The notes under the pieces were generated by a model. It searched no databases. It was not told the origin of the DNA and was given only the letters and a program-made list of their open reading frames with translations. Positions 29,959 to 39,295 of a stretch of 64,000 nucleotides of DNA are shown here, piece by piece. Position numbers and translations under genes: made by a program. The stretch's first letter is position 1. The number at the start of each line of letters is the position of its first letter. Source of the stretch: a virus; IMG/VR virus record IMGVR_UViG_3300037086_000474, positions 32,001 through 96,000 of that record; one strand, 5' to 3'.

Positions 29959-30396
29959 ATGCCAGATACACCAGTTGTTCCAATCACACCACCAACGTCA
30001 CCAGTATTGCCTGGACCAACAGTTCAAGATATACAAAAACAAATTGAAGAGCTCAGAAACTCACTTCTGTCTCAAGATCAGGGAGATCAGGGAGTAGAAG
30101 TTGGAGCAGCGCCCACAGTGGGAGGAATACCGGTAAAGACCGATAGTACTTCTAAGTGGATGATCAATATTTCATTTGTTGTTTTTGGACTCTGTGGAGT
30201 AGTTGGATCAGTGTGGCAGGGATTTGATATGACTAAATATACTCAGTTCTTGCAGACATTTGCCTATATTTGGGCGCCACTTGTTGTTGCAGTCGGTGGA
30301 GGTCGTGCTTTCAAGAATTGGGTCAGCAAGAAATATGTGCCACCCGAGACACCATTAAATCCATCTGTTCCTGCATCAGTTGCGGGCGGAAAATAG
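29959..30396 (+). CDS. Two-TM membrane protein, holin candidate
   Basis: Hydrophobic WMINISFVVFGLCGVVGSVW and FAYIWAPLVVAVGGG followed by basic residues; AAGATAA at 29934. Confidence 0.4.
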   Translation: MPDTPVVPITPPTSPVLPGPTVQDIQKQIEELRNSLLSQDQGDQGVEVGAAPTVGGIPVKTDSTSKWMINISFVVFGLCGVVGSVWQGFDMTKYTQFLQTFAYIWAPLVVAVGGGRAFKNWVSKKYVPPETPLNPSVPASVAGGK

Positions 30397-30405
30397 GGAA
30401 TTTAT

Positions 30406-30702
30406 ATGAAATGGATCCTTACGTTGGAGGAAAATGGCTATGAGATCCGTTATTGGGATCAAATTACTGAGCAAATCGGTGAATCAATAGCCACTAATTG
30501 GAACAAAAAAAGGCTTTATGAGACTCTGTTAGAAAGCGGCTTCAACATCAAGAAAGAAGATCTGAAGGAGGCCTTCAGCATACTTGATAGTGGTGAGAGG
30601 CCTTTTGTTGTATTAACTTCTTTGTCGAAGGGTCCCATCGACCTGGACACCTTTATTCACGACCAATTTGTCATCGACAAAGAAACTCAAGATGGAAAAT
30701 AA
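30406..30702 (+). CDS. Hypothetical acidic protein
   Basis: Operon continuity. Confidence 0.5.
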   Translation: MKWILTLEENGYEIRYWDQITEQIGESIATNWNKKRLYETLLESGFNIKKEDLKEAFSILDSGERPFVVLTSLSKGPIDLDTFIHDQFVIDKETQDGK

Positions 30703-30928
30703 TGAAAAAATACTCGCGACCCATTATTTAGAGCAAGTTGCTATAGGGTTGGAAGATTTTGGTAGATTCAAAGAATTATTTAATGCTGAACACATATATT
30801 CGTTCTATGTCAAAGACAAAAGAGTCGATGGCACGAAAGTAATACTTAGTGTTCGAGCGATGAGGATCAATGAATTTGCTGATCTTCTTCGCGCAAATAA
30901 AATCGAGTACGAAGTATTAGATCAATAG
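30692..30928 (+). CDS. Hypothetical protein
   Basis: Overlap coupling with upstream gene. Confidence 0.5.
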   Translation: MENNEKILATHYLEQVAIGLEDFGRFKELFNAEHIYSFYVKDKRVDGTKVILSVRAMRINEFADLLRANKIEYEVLDQ

Positions 30929-30937
30929 GAGATCATA

Positions 30938-31633
30938 ATGAAAAGGTCATCGAAAAAGTTGGAACTCTATAAGGAAGAGAAGCAAGAAGTTCTCAATAGA
31001 ATTCTGAAACTTTATAAAGATTGGGCTTCTTCCAAGGGACAAAAGGCCATTCAAGAAATGAAAATGACTCTCAATGAGGCAATTACTAGCCCAATTAATT
31101 TCTTGAAGATAGTTGAGAAGATGGGATCAGATGGAAAAACGATGCTAGATATCTATGGTAAAGAATGGACACGATTTGGAAAAAGTCCCCTAGAGGCCAA
31201 AAAGAACATAATTAAGACATTAGTCAAAGAAAATAAGATGAGAGCCCTAAAAGAAGACAAAAACGATGGATCTGTCGTTGGTGAGTTTGGATTGGCCTAT
31301 TACCCCATTACTGATAGATCAAATGCAATGGAATCTGCAGTAGATTTGAATGACCGTGATATTGTTATCCAAATTAGACATGCTATCACTGGTGGCAATA
31401 TGGAAATTGCCAAGCAATTGATTTTGAGTTCTTGGGGCAGTCTGACTCTTAATGACCGCAATAGTTTAATTGAGTGGATTAATGGAATGCAACAGTACAA
31501 TGCGTTTGAAAATGCTCCAGAAAAGGGCAGAAAGTTGCTAATTAAGCCATTAAAGACTAAAAATGAAATGCCAAAAGATGAATTCGCTGAAAGATTTGTT
31601 AAAACAGCAATTGAAAACATGAAAATTAGTTAG
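30938..31633 (+). CDS. Hypothetical protein, possibly processed head protein
   Basis: RBS aggag; LNE/VKE/LKE sites. Confidence 0.5.
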   Translation: MKRSSKKLELYKEEKQEVLNRILKLYKDWASSKGQKAIQEMKMTLNEAITSPINFLKIVEKMGSDGKTMLDIYGKEWTRFGKSPLEAKKNIIKTLVKENKMRALKEDKNDGSVVGEFGLAYYPITDRSNAMESAVDLNDRDIVIQIRHAITGGNMEIAKQLILSSWGSLTLNDRNSLIEWINGMQQYNAFENAPEKGRKLLIKPLKTKNEMPKDEFAERFVKTAIENMKIS

Positions 31634-31800
31634 ACCTTGCGTGAACTATTGTAATCTTGCGATTACGTTTTCCTGTTTCATAGAAGCATGGCTTGGAACT
31701 AATCGCTTAGATCTAGAGGTCTTCTTCTCCACAGGCTTTACTTCGGGAGGTTCCATCCCTAGTTGTTTTATTCCGTAATTTGCCAGATTTGTCCCAGCAT
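31621..31800 (-). ncRNA. Putative omegaRNA/reRNA overlapping the tnpB 3' end, with guide beyond the right end (5' boundary approximate)
   Basis: Minus strand: hairpin gtaatc-gcaa-gattac then aatagTTCAC ending at 31641; next 20 nt GCAAGGTCTAACTAATTTTC. Confidence 0.55.
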
Positions 31801-32899
31801 TTTGGTCTCTATCTAAATAGGCACCACAGCTGGGACAATTCCAACTTCTTTCCTGCAGCATCAAATCCTTTTTTACATACCCACAACTCGAACAAGTTTT
31901 ACTGGATGCAAACCACTTGTCCGCTTGAATGAGTGTTTTATCATTCCATAGTGTTTTGTATTTTAGTTTCTGTACGAACGTTGCATATCCAAGATCTGAT
32001 ACTGATTTTCCAAGTTTTAGTGCCTGTTTCATTCCGGCAAGTGATAAACTTTCTACCACTATAACATCATATTCTTTTACCAGTCTCAAACTCAATTTGT
32101 CTATGAAATCTAGTCTCTGTCGTGCAATATGCTCATGAATTTTAGCTAATCTAATTCTAGCTTTTTCTTGATTTTTACTTCCGTTGATTTTCCGAGAGTA
32201 TTGTCTTTGTTTTTTAGCTAGAACAGCTTGTGAGTTTCTGTAATGTTTCGTATATTCCGGTGAATTCCCATATTGATCTACATAAAACTTGTCCAATGAA
32301 CAATCGAGTCCAAGAACTTTTATATCTTGATCTAAGATTTGATGGCCTTTGAAATCTTGTTCTCCTTTGAACAAAATGGAAGCAAAATATTTTCCAGATG
32401 AAGTTTTTGTAATCGTTATGTTTTTGACTTCTGCCTCATAGAACCATGGTTTTATCACCCTATGTCTGAAGTTTATGGATTTTATTTTAGGTAACTTTAT
32501 CGTTTTTTCATTCAAGTTGATTTCAGAGCGCATTGTTCTATACGAACAAGTGTGTTTTTTCTTTTTGAAATTAGGATATCCAACTTTTTGCCCCTTTCTC
32601 ATACCTTTTAAAGATTTGAAAAAGTTCATATAAGCTATTGATAGGTCTATTCTAGATTGTTGAAGAGCGACGGCATCCGCCTCTTCCAACCATTCAAACT
32701 CTTTTTTATAATCCTTTTCAGTTTTATGTTTATGTTTGTAGAGTTCAACTTTATTATTTTTCAGACGTTCATATGTTTCAATTCTCTCTGCCAACATCTG
32801 ATTGTACAGAAATCTACAACATCCAAGAGTTTTATTGATCTGAATTTGTTGCTTTGAAGTAGGGTAAATTCTGACTTTTAGAGATCTATTTATGTTCAT
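31646..32899 (-). CDS. tnpB: RNA-guided endonuclease TnpB (IS200/IS605-type), no TnpA
   Basis: KVRIYPT..GCCRFLYN HTH; RuvC LGLD, VVESL, DRDQNA; CSSCG/CPSCG Zn finger. Confidence 0.92.
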   Translation of the reverse strand: MNINRSLKVRIYPTSKQQIQINKTLGCCRFLYNQMLAERIETYERLKNNKVELYKHKHKTEKDYKKEFEWLEEADAVALQQSRIDLSIAYMNFFKSLKGMRKGQKVGYPNFKKKKHTCSYRTMRSEINLNEKTIKLPKIKSINFRHRVIKPWFYEAEVKNITITKTSSGKYFASILFKGEQDFKGHQILDQDIKVLGLDCSLDKFYVDQYGNSPEYTKHYRNSQAVLAKKQRQYSRKINGSKNQEKARIRLAKIHEHIARQRLDFIDKLSLRLVKEYDVIVVESLSLAGMKQALKLGKSVSDLGYATFVQKLKYKTLWNDKTLIQADKWFASSKTCSSCGYVKKDLMLQERSWNCPSCGAYLDRDQNAGTNLANYGIKQLGMEPPEVKPVEKKTSRSKRLVPSHASMKQENVIARLQ

Positions 32900-32990
32900 A
32901 AGTTGAAACTTCTATACACATATCTTATGTATTTTTGTGAAAAGATATATTTGATTTGTCGAAATTTATGCAAATACACCCATTATATGC

Positions 32991-33019
32991 AAGTATGCAT
33001 TAGTGATCCTTGCATACTT
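32991..33019. promoter_or_regulatory. Back-to-back GCATACTT motifs (divergent promoters or inverted repeat)
   Basis: AAGTATGC(32991)...GCATACTT(33012). Confidence 0.55.
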
Positions 33020-33045
33020 TTAATATAAAGTTGTGAGGTCTCGCT

Positions 33046-33426
33046 TTGGATAGTATTGTATATTGTGAATTAATAAATCCCAAGTCTCATATTGATGCGC
33101 AAAAGGGTATTTTGAGCTTTTACCTTACAGGTGGCTTGGTCCTAAATTCATTAGAAAGAAAAATTGTACAAACTGGAATCAGACTCAAGGTTGATTCCAG
33201 TTTTATTTTAATAATCAAGAGCGATTCCTACTTAGAAAAGACCAACGGCATTTTTACATTCCCTACCTTTATTTACCCCACATACACTGATGAAATTCTC
33301 CTCACATTAGCCAATCTCAGCACCGCGAGGATGGTGATAGCAGTTGACACGAGAATAGCTGAGGGATGTGTCATCCCATTCACAAACATTCTTCTCAAAC
33401 AAGTCCACAACATTTCACATCTTTAA
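33046..33426 (+). CDS. Degenerate trimeric dUTPase-like protein
   Basis: ERKIVQTGIRL, YPTYTDEILLTLAN, TRIAEG resemble dUTPase scaffold; RS and ID.DY.GE residues and motif 5 absent. Confidence 0.55.
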   Translation: MDSIVYCELINPKSHIDAQKGILSFYLTGGLVLNSLERKIVQTGIRLKVDSSFILIIKSDSYLEKTNGIFTFPTFIYPTYTDEILLTLANLSTARMVIAVDTRIAEGCVIPFTNILLKQVHNISHL

Positions 33427-33452
33427 TAAAAATTGTTTTCCGGAGCGTTAAT

Positions 33453-33812
33453 ATGGAAATCACAAACGAAAAAAGCGAATTTACTAAAGAACTCTTCATT
33501 TTCCTGAAGTATAATCTAATAGTGAACGGCCCAAGCTTCACCGAAACAGACGAACTCCTTTATCAAGAATTTCTCAAGAAAATTGCATCTTTGCAACACG
33601 ACTTGAGAGAATCAGATTCAGCAGCAAGTGAAACACTTGGATCTATTATGGCGATGTTTGGTTTCAGCAGGCACTACTGTAGCATTTCTGGAAAGCCAAT
33701 TATTGGAAAGTATTACAAAATTGGCAACAGAATAGTCAGTCAAGAAGCCTATGAATCATATATGATCGTAAAGGAACTTGAAGGAAGAACTAGTATAGGC
33801 ACCAAGGAGTAA
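33453..33812 (+). CDS. Hypothetical protein
   Basis: RBS ggag; CSISGKPIIG. Confidence 0.55.
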   Translation: MEITNEKSEFTKELFIFLKYNLIVNGPSFTETDELLYQEFLKKIASLQHDLRESDSAASETLGSIMAMFGFSRHYCSISGKPIIGKYYKIGNRIVSQEAYESYMIVKELEGRTSIGTKE

Positions 33813-33819
33813 CACCACT

Positions 33820-34425
33820 ATGAATGAAAATATGGAAGACTTCGTAGATGAAGTCTTGACTGGCAGAAAGAAAAAGAAAGACACTGAAATCAAAGAAAGC
33901 GTAGTTAATGTAAAGAAATTATTTGAACAAGACGATGAAGCGGATAAGACGGATCAGTCAGCAACTTCTGACAATAGTAAGGTCACTATTGGAGGGAAAG
34001 AAGATGCGCCAAAGGATCCTAGATTTAAGGGTGAAACAAAAGTCATGACAATTAAACTTTCTATTGGAGACAAGGACTATTCACCAATAGAGCTTTCAAA
34101 ACAAACGTATGAAAAGACGGCCATAACAGATTTTAGTTCCCTTGTCAGCATGTTCGATATAGACAAGAGGAAACTAGTAGCACAAGATTCCAGTCCAACA
34201 TCATTCACGCTGACAACAGAAGAATCAGTATCTCGATCAGGAAATAACTCAGTTTCAATTTCTCTCACAAGCAATACAGACCAAACAATCAGCGCCAAGG
34301 TAACGCTGAATGGAGAGAGTACGGCTTTTGATCTCTTAGACTCAGCAGTGAAACATTTCGACCAATTATTCCTGGACAACATTATCAAGACGGTTGATAA
34401 AGAACTGCAGAGTGAAAATGGGTAA
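33820..34425 (+). CDS. Hypothetical protein
   Basis: RBS aaggag. Confidence 0.55.
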   Translation: MNENMEDFVDEVLTGRKKKKDTEIKESVVNVKKLFEQDDEADKTDQSATSDNSKVTIGGKEDAPKDPRFKGETKVMTIKLSIGDKDYSPIELSKQTYEKTAITDFSSLVSMFDIDKRKLVAQDSSPTSFTLTTEESVSRSGNNSVSISLTSNTDQTISAKVTLNGESTAFDLLDSAVKHFDQLFLDNIIKTVDKELQSENG

Positions 34426-35140
34426 TCATTATTTTAATAACGCTGAAGTCCAGGGATGGATCGAACAATTTTTAGCCATTCCTGTCGAAAAGAGAGACAC
34501 TAATCAAAAAGCTTTACTGATAAGAGAAAAAATTTTTAAAGAAGTCAGCAAGATCATCAATGGCATTATTTTCAAACACAAATTTACTGTCTGGGAGCAG
34601 TATGATGACCTATTTCAAGAAGCTGCCGAGGCATGTATTAAGGCGCTTCCGAAGTTCAATCCGAACTTCATTACAAGCAATGGATCAAAAGCCACTGCTT
34701 TTAACTACTTTTCTTTGACTGCAAAGAGATGCTTGAAGTTCTATACAATCAAAAACAAGAAGCATCGCAATAATCTTCCTATGGAAGAATATGGGCATGA
34801 ATTGATTCTCGAGGACACGAATGACAGAATGTCACTCAACACTGTTTGGAGCGATTTTATAGCCTCAGTAGTTAAGATTTTCAATAGTCCTAAAAACAAG
34901 AAATTTCTACCATTGATAGAGATCTTAAGAGAGTATCTCGACAAAATGGGCAATTTCAATAAGAGAGACTTCTTTAGATTTGCCAAATCGTACGGCTGGT
35001 CACCAAACCTGATCAGAAAATTCCTCAAGATCATGAAGGACCACAAAGACAAGATCTACAAAGACAACCATGCAGTATCCTCAAATCATCAACCTTATGT
35101 TTCCAGGAGCAAAGATAATAGTTATTCGGAGGTGAATTAA
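34418..35140 (+). CDS. Phage late sigma factor, T4 gp55-like
   Basis: NHYFNN N-terminus; region 2 DDLFQEA..CIKALPKFNP...AFNYFS. Confidence 0.7.
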   Translation: MGNHYFNNAEVQGWIEQFLAIPVEKRDTNQKALLIREKIFKEVSKIINGIIFKHKFTVWEQYDDLFQEAAEACIKALPKFNPNFITSNGSKATAFNYFSLTAKRCLKFYTIKNKKHRNNLPMEEYGHELILEDTNDRMSLNTVWSDFIASVVKIFNSPKNKKFLPLIEILREYLDKMGNFNKRDFFRFAKSYGWSPNLIRKFLKIMKDHKDKIYKDNHAVSSNHQPYVSRSKDNSYSEVN

Positions 35141-36216
35141 TGAGTGATTCAATTATAGAAGTAATCGACAAAATGGGCGGAAAGAGACCTTGGACCACTG
35201 AAACAGACCTCGACAAAATACGCCAGGAGCTGAAAATCATTTCTGGTGAAGAAAGGTTTCAAGGAACCATAGATACTTATCAGGCTCTAAAAAGAGTTGT
35301 CGATGCTGTTATTGATGGAAGATTTAACGACTACCGCAGTTTTTTCAAAGTCGATATAGCCGATCTAGCAAAAGAAGTTAAGAAAGTTATTGCTAAAATG
35401 AATAAGGCTGATGTCGAAATAATTATTAACGCTCACGATGAAAAGGGTATGACCAAGAATGAAAAGGCTGTTTTCGAGTTCGCCTCGCAAATAGAAGACG
35501 TGTTGTTTAGAAAAACAATCGGCAATAAATATATGTCGTCAAGTGAGAATGCCACCTCAATGGAAACGGTAAGTAAGAGAGCTTATAATATGATTCCATT
35601 GAGAATGAGTGTCGATGGGAAGCATGTTTATGGTTATATAACTGCTCCACAGGGAATTATTACCTGGCAGAAGAACATAAAGGCATTTGATGTTCTTGGG
35701 GATCTTGAAACAGATGTCGATTCGACTCCTAATTTAACAGATCAACAGAAGGAAAGAATCGATAAAGTAAATCTTAGAAAGAAGAACGGAGAACTGACAC
35801 CAAAAGAAGCCAAAGAATTAATTGGGGCTATCAAGGGGCCAGCTCCAAAAAAGAGAAACTGGGATGAGCTTTCAGATGAAGAAAAAAAGATGAAATCCAT
35901 GACAATCAAAGACAAGATGGGAACTTTTGGCCAACTCCCTTATAAACTGCCTCTGATGCAAAATGATGACGGAACTTATAAGGTTGAGATGAACAAACAC
36001 ACTAGAGAGATTTTGGATAGATATAACATCATGTTCAATGATACCGAACCGGCCAAGAAGAAGCTCTTGATGACCGTTATTTCAATACTCAAGAAGAGCA
36101 AGAAATATGGTTCCCTTGGTAAAGAAGAAATTAATAATCTATTCAAATATCATGGAGTAAAAACTTTTGCAACCGAAAACACTACGTTCTGGGATGCTGT
36201 TAGGTCGCTTGTTTAA
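35140..36216 (+). CDS. Hypothetical protein
   Basis: 358-aa ORF, RBS ggaggtg, TAATG coupling. Confidence 0.6.
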   Translation: MSDSIIEVIDKMGGKRPWTTETDLDKIRQELKIISGEERFQGTIDTYQALKRVVDAVIDGRFNDYRSFFKVDIADLAKEVKKVIAKMNKADVEIIINAHDEKGMTKNEKAVFEFASQIEDVLFRKTIGNKYMSSSENATSMETVSKRAYNMIPLRMSVDGKHVYGYITAPQGIITWQKNIKAFDVLGDLETDVDSTPNLTDQQKERIDKVNLRKKNGELTPKEAKELIGAIKGPAPKKRNWDELSDEEKKMKSMTIKDKMGTFGQLPYKLPLMQNDDGTYKVEMNKHTREILDRYNIMFNDTEPAKKKLLMTVISILKKSKKYGSLGKEEINNLFKYHGVKTFATENTTFWDAVRSLV

Positions 36217-36364
36217 GAATTTGACACTGACCAATGACGAATGGGACCAGCTCTACAAAGATTTTGAAGATGCTGTTCCCAAGTGGCAAATTTGTCGAAA
36301 GTATCACATCAAAACAGGTTATTACAAAGTGTTGAAGAAATATGTAATGGGCGAAATTAGATGA
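36209..36364 (+). CDS. Small HTH-like protein
   Basis: PKWQICRKYHIKTGYYKVLK. Confidence 0.4.
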   Translation: MFKNLTLTNDEWDQLYKDFEDAVPKWQICRKYHIKTGYYKVLKKYVMGEIR

Positions 36365-36385
36365 TGGGGCTGTCAAGCCCCATTT
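36364..36385. terminator. Hairpin between convergent genes
   Basis: atggggct-gtca-agccccat. Confidence 0.7.
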
Positions 36386-37876
36386 CTATTTCTTTACAAA
36401 AACACTATTACCACAGTCCCATATTCTATCCCAACCATTCAATTGCATGTTTTCCCATTCAGTCAACTTTGGATTAAAGATTTTCAGTTTTTTGGATAAT
36501 TTGTGCTTCTGGAATTCAATTCTGTTGAATCTATGAGTGTAGTCAGTGTAATAATAGCTTGGGGAAGAATTTTCCATTTCAATGAAGCCGTTTTTTGAGT
36601 AGGTAGATCCTGAGAAGTATCTTTTGTCACAATAACTTATAATGCTTTTTGGATGATATTGTGTTTCGAAATATTTGAGCAATCTCGAAAATCCTCCCAT
36701 GATCATCATGTCTTTCTTATTACAAAATCTCGTGATCTCCCACTCATATTTTTTGTTGAATCTTGGTTTAGAAAGACTCAACAGAGAAACCAATTTGCCC
36801 TTGTGACGGAGACCAATATGAATTTTTCCAGCAGTAAATCCTTGGAGATGATTTGTATCAACGAAAACTCTAGCTTCTTCACTAGAAATCTCATCTATGA
36901 TGCAGCTTCTGGCACCAATTTTTGAGGTGGTTAGACCCATGATTGTTCGAATAATTGATTCTACTATTTCTCTTTTCTCAATCCATTCATCCTCAAAAAT
37001 ATGAATCAATTTGATTCCATGTTGTTCGCAAAGATTAGTTTTCTGAAGATGTCCAGTTTTGTTTCCGCCATTCAGTTCTGAATGCCAATAGATGCCATCG
37101 AACTCTATAGCTAATTTATGTTTTGGAAGATAAATGTCGAGTTCATATGGTGGTATAATTTTCTTAGTGTTTTCTTCTATAGAAGAAATGGAAAGTTGTT
37201 TCACAAAATCAACAACCTGTTTTTCAACAAGAGAACTTCCATTTTGTTTTGGAAAACAGATTGGGCATCGGGGAAGAGTGCCGTTGGCGTAGTAAAACTG
37301 AAAAACGGTATTACAGGTGATACATCTCCAATCAAACTTTTGGTATTTTTCCTTTTTATCAAGATATTCTTGTAGATTAAAAAGAGGAACAACTTTATCG
37401 AATGTTTTGAATTTGAGATATGAATTCTTCAACTTTATTTTTTTATATTTAGGATTATTGAAATTTGTTTCAATACCATATCGAGTCAACATGGTCTGTT
37501 TCTTTTTTTCCTTGACACCCACTATTTGAGAAGGGTTATCTACACCATATTTTTTTTGAATTCCTTGTTTGATTCTAGAAGAAGCATTAGCTGATCCATA
37601 TTTAGCTATTTTAGTAATCGTAAAACCACATTCTCTGCAGAGAATCTCTTCTTCAAAAAATTTAGAGTTAGAATTGAATTTTTCAGTTTTCTTCTTTTTG
37701 CAATGATGACAGATATAAACTATCTGATCTCTTTGTTTGATTGGATAGATTTTATTGACTAGGAGTGTTTGAAATTTTTTCAGACGACAGATTTGTTCAC
37801 TTTTTTCTATCGATTTGACCTTAATGTGCTTACTGAATATGATTACTTCTAATACCATTAATATAAAATATGCCAA
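36386..37876 (-). CDS. Free-standing Hef-like homing endonuclease (Vsr/PD-(D/E)XK core, Zn fingers, KYGV repeats)
   Basis: KYGVDNPSQ, YELDIYLP..AIEFDGIYWH, IHIFEDEW, GARSC, NHLQG, RIWDCG; opposite strand to neighbours. Confidence 0.75.
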   Translation of the reverse strand: MAYFILMVLEVIIFSKHIKVKSIEKSEQICRLKKFQTLLVNKIYPIKQRDQIVYICHHCKKKKTEKFNSNSKFFEEEILCRECGFTITKIAKYGSANASSRIKQGIQKKYGVDNPSQIVGVKEKKKQTMLTRYGIETNFNNPKYKKIKLKNSYLKFKTFDKVVPLFNLQEYLDKKEKYQKFDWRCITCNTVFQFYYANGTLPRCPICFPKQNGSSLVEKQVVDFVKQLSISSIEENTKKIIPPYELDIYLPKHKLAIEFDGIYWHSELNGGNKTGHLQKTNLCEQHGIKLIHIFEDEWIEKREIVESIIRTIMGLTTSKIGARSCIIDEISSEEARVFVDTNHLQGFTAGKIHIGLRHKGKLVSLLSLSKPRFNKKYEWEITRFCNKKDMMIMGGFSRLLKYFETQYHPKSIISYCDKRYFSGSTYSKNGFIEMENSSPSYYYTDYTHRFNRIEFQKHKLSKKLKIFNPKLTEWENMQLNGWDRIWDCGNSVFVKK

Positions 37877-37896
37877 AAATACTAAAAGATAGTTAT

Positions 37897-38289
37897 ATGA
37901 GCCAAATACAAAAAGTAGATACCAATAAGACCATGGTTGAAGCTCAACAGCAACAGGTTGAACAGATGAATGAAGTTGCTAAATTGGCTATGACCAATAT
38001 AGATTCTGATAGAGATAGAAGCAATGAATTATATGATTTTATGAAAGACCAAATTGATATCGATGGTGACCGTAACCCAGCCACGAGAGAAGCCATGTCC
38101 AAGGCAGTTGAGCTCAGAATGAAAGGGACTGATCAGTTGATTGAGCTTTTGAAAATAAAGGCCAAACTAATCAATCCAAATGCTCCGGGAGTGAATGTTA
38201 ATATAAATTTGGGTAGTTATGATGAAAACAAGGGTGGAGATACAAGCGACTTGATTGAGGTTGTAGATAAAATTAGACACGGAGAATAA
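37897..38289 (+). CDS. Possible terminase small subunit
   Basis: Helical body with NPATREAM and C-terminal beta strand VNVNINLG, reminiscent of T4 gp16; AAGATA 5 nt before ATG. Confidence 0.35.
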   Translation: MSQIQKVDTNKTMVEAQQQQVEQMNEVAKLAMTNIDSDRDRSNELYDFMKDQIDIDGDRNPATREAMSKAVELRMKGTDQLIELLKIKAKLINPNAPGVNVNINLGSYDENKGGDTSDLIEVVDKIRHGE

Positions 38290-38291
38290 AT

Positions 38292-38320
38292 AAGGGACTC
38301 TTTCGAGTCCCTTTTCTTTT
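38292..38320. terminator. Bidirectional terminator
   Basis: aagggactc-tttc-gagtccctt between convergent genes. Confidence 0.8.
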
Positions 38321-39254
38321 ATTTTTGTTCGATTACTGGTATTTGCCAATTCTTGAACGCGTGATAGTATTTCAGAGCCTCGGCTAAATCTCCCTTTATA
38401 TAGAGAGAATTTGGAATTGCCCCACTGCCATCTTTCCAATAATTAGAAATGACTTCATACTCATCAGTAAATAGTGCCAGAAGAACCCAATCTTCTCGGT
38501 TGTTGAATGTCTGCATCAAATCATCGATTCTAGCAACAAGCAACTTAATCGATTCAGATGGATTATTAAGAGTTTCGTTTCCCTTATACACAAGTTGAAA
38601 AAATCTGTTGTTTCTGATCAATGGTAAATTGGCGATTCTTTCTCCAGTCTTCATGTACATTGAAGCAATTCCATGTCGATAGGCCACATTATAGACTGGA
38701 TTGAAGTTTGTGGCTACTTTTAGATACGCGAGAGGTAGAAAATAGTTAATCGATGGAATATCAGACGTGCAAAGCCACGTCTGCTCGAAGAAAGTACTCA
38801 ATTGATCATCATTCATTTTTTGTTCAACAGGCGTAATGTTTGTATAGTAATTGACCATTGAATATGTGAATTCTCTAAGTTTTTCCTTTCTTTGATTCAT
38901 CGGCAAGCTTTCCCAGGAATTAGTTGCTTCCATCCTATCTCTTGCAACGAGAATTCTCTCACTTTCGTGCAGGTAGGTCTTTTTCATGTCGTTGACTGCC
39001 CAGGTGAACGCTAGCCAGCCTCCAACAACAGCAAGAATGAAAACAGAACAAAGAACAATTATGGTAACTCTCTGTTTTCTGCCGGTCTCATTTTTCTCTT
39101 TGCTAGTTCCACTCACTGCATTAATCAGCAACTCTCCCACATCAACCCCCTGTTGTTTTGCAGCATCAAGTATCATACTAACTGCTGTTACTTCGCCGTT
39201 GGGTTTTCTTATGCCATTAGGCCCTAGTATAGGAGGTCTTAAAGGTTCAGCCAT
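38319..39254 (-). CDS. Membrane-anchored lytic transglycosylase (SLT)-like protein lacking the catalytic Glu
   Basis: TM helix; LAYLKVATNFNP...GIASM aligns to AxxxxESxFNP...GLMQ. Confidence 0.45.
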   Translation of the reverse strand: MAEPLRPPILGPNGIRKPNGEVTAVSMILDAAKQQGVDVGELLINAVSGTSKEKNETGRKQRVTIIVLCSVFILAVVGGWLAFTWAVNDMKKTYLHESERILVARDRMEATNSWESLPMNQRKEKLREFTYSMVNYYTNITPVEQKMNDDQLSTFFEQTWLCTSDIPSINYFLPLAYLKVATNFNPVYNVAYRHGIASMYMKTGERIANLPLIRNNRFFQLVYKGNETLNNPSESIKLLVARIDDLMQTFNNREDWVLLALFTDEYEVISNYWKDGSGAIPNSLYIKGDLAEALKYYHAFKNWQIPVIEQK

Positions 39255-39295
39255 TTTTTACTCCTTTTTCTTATATTATCAAACTATGCATCAAA

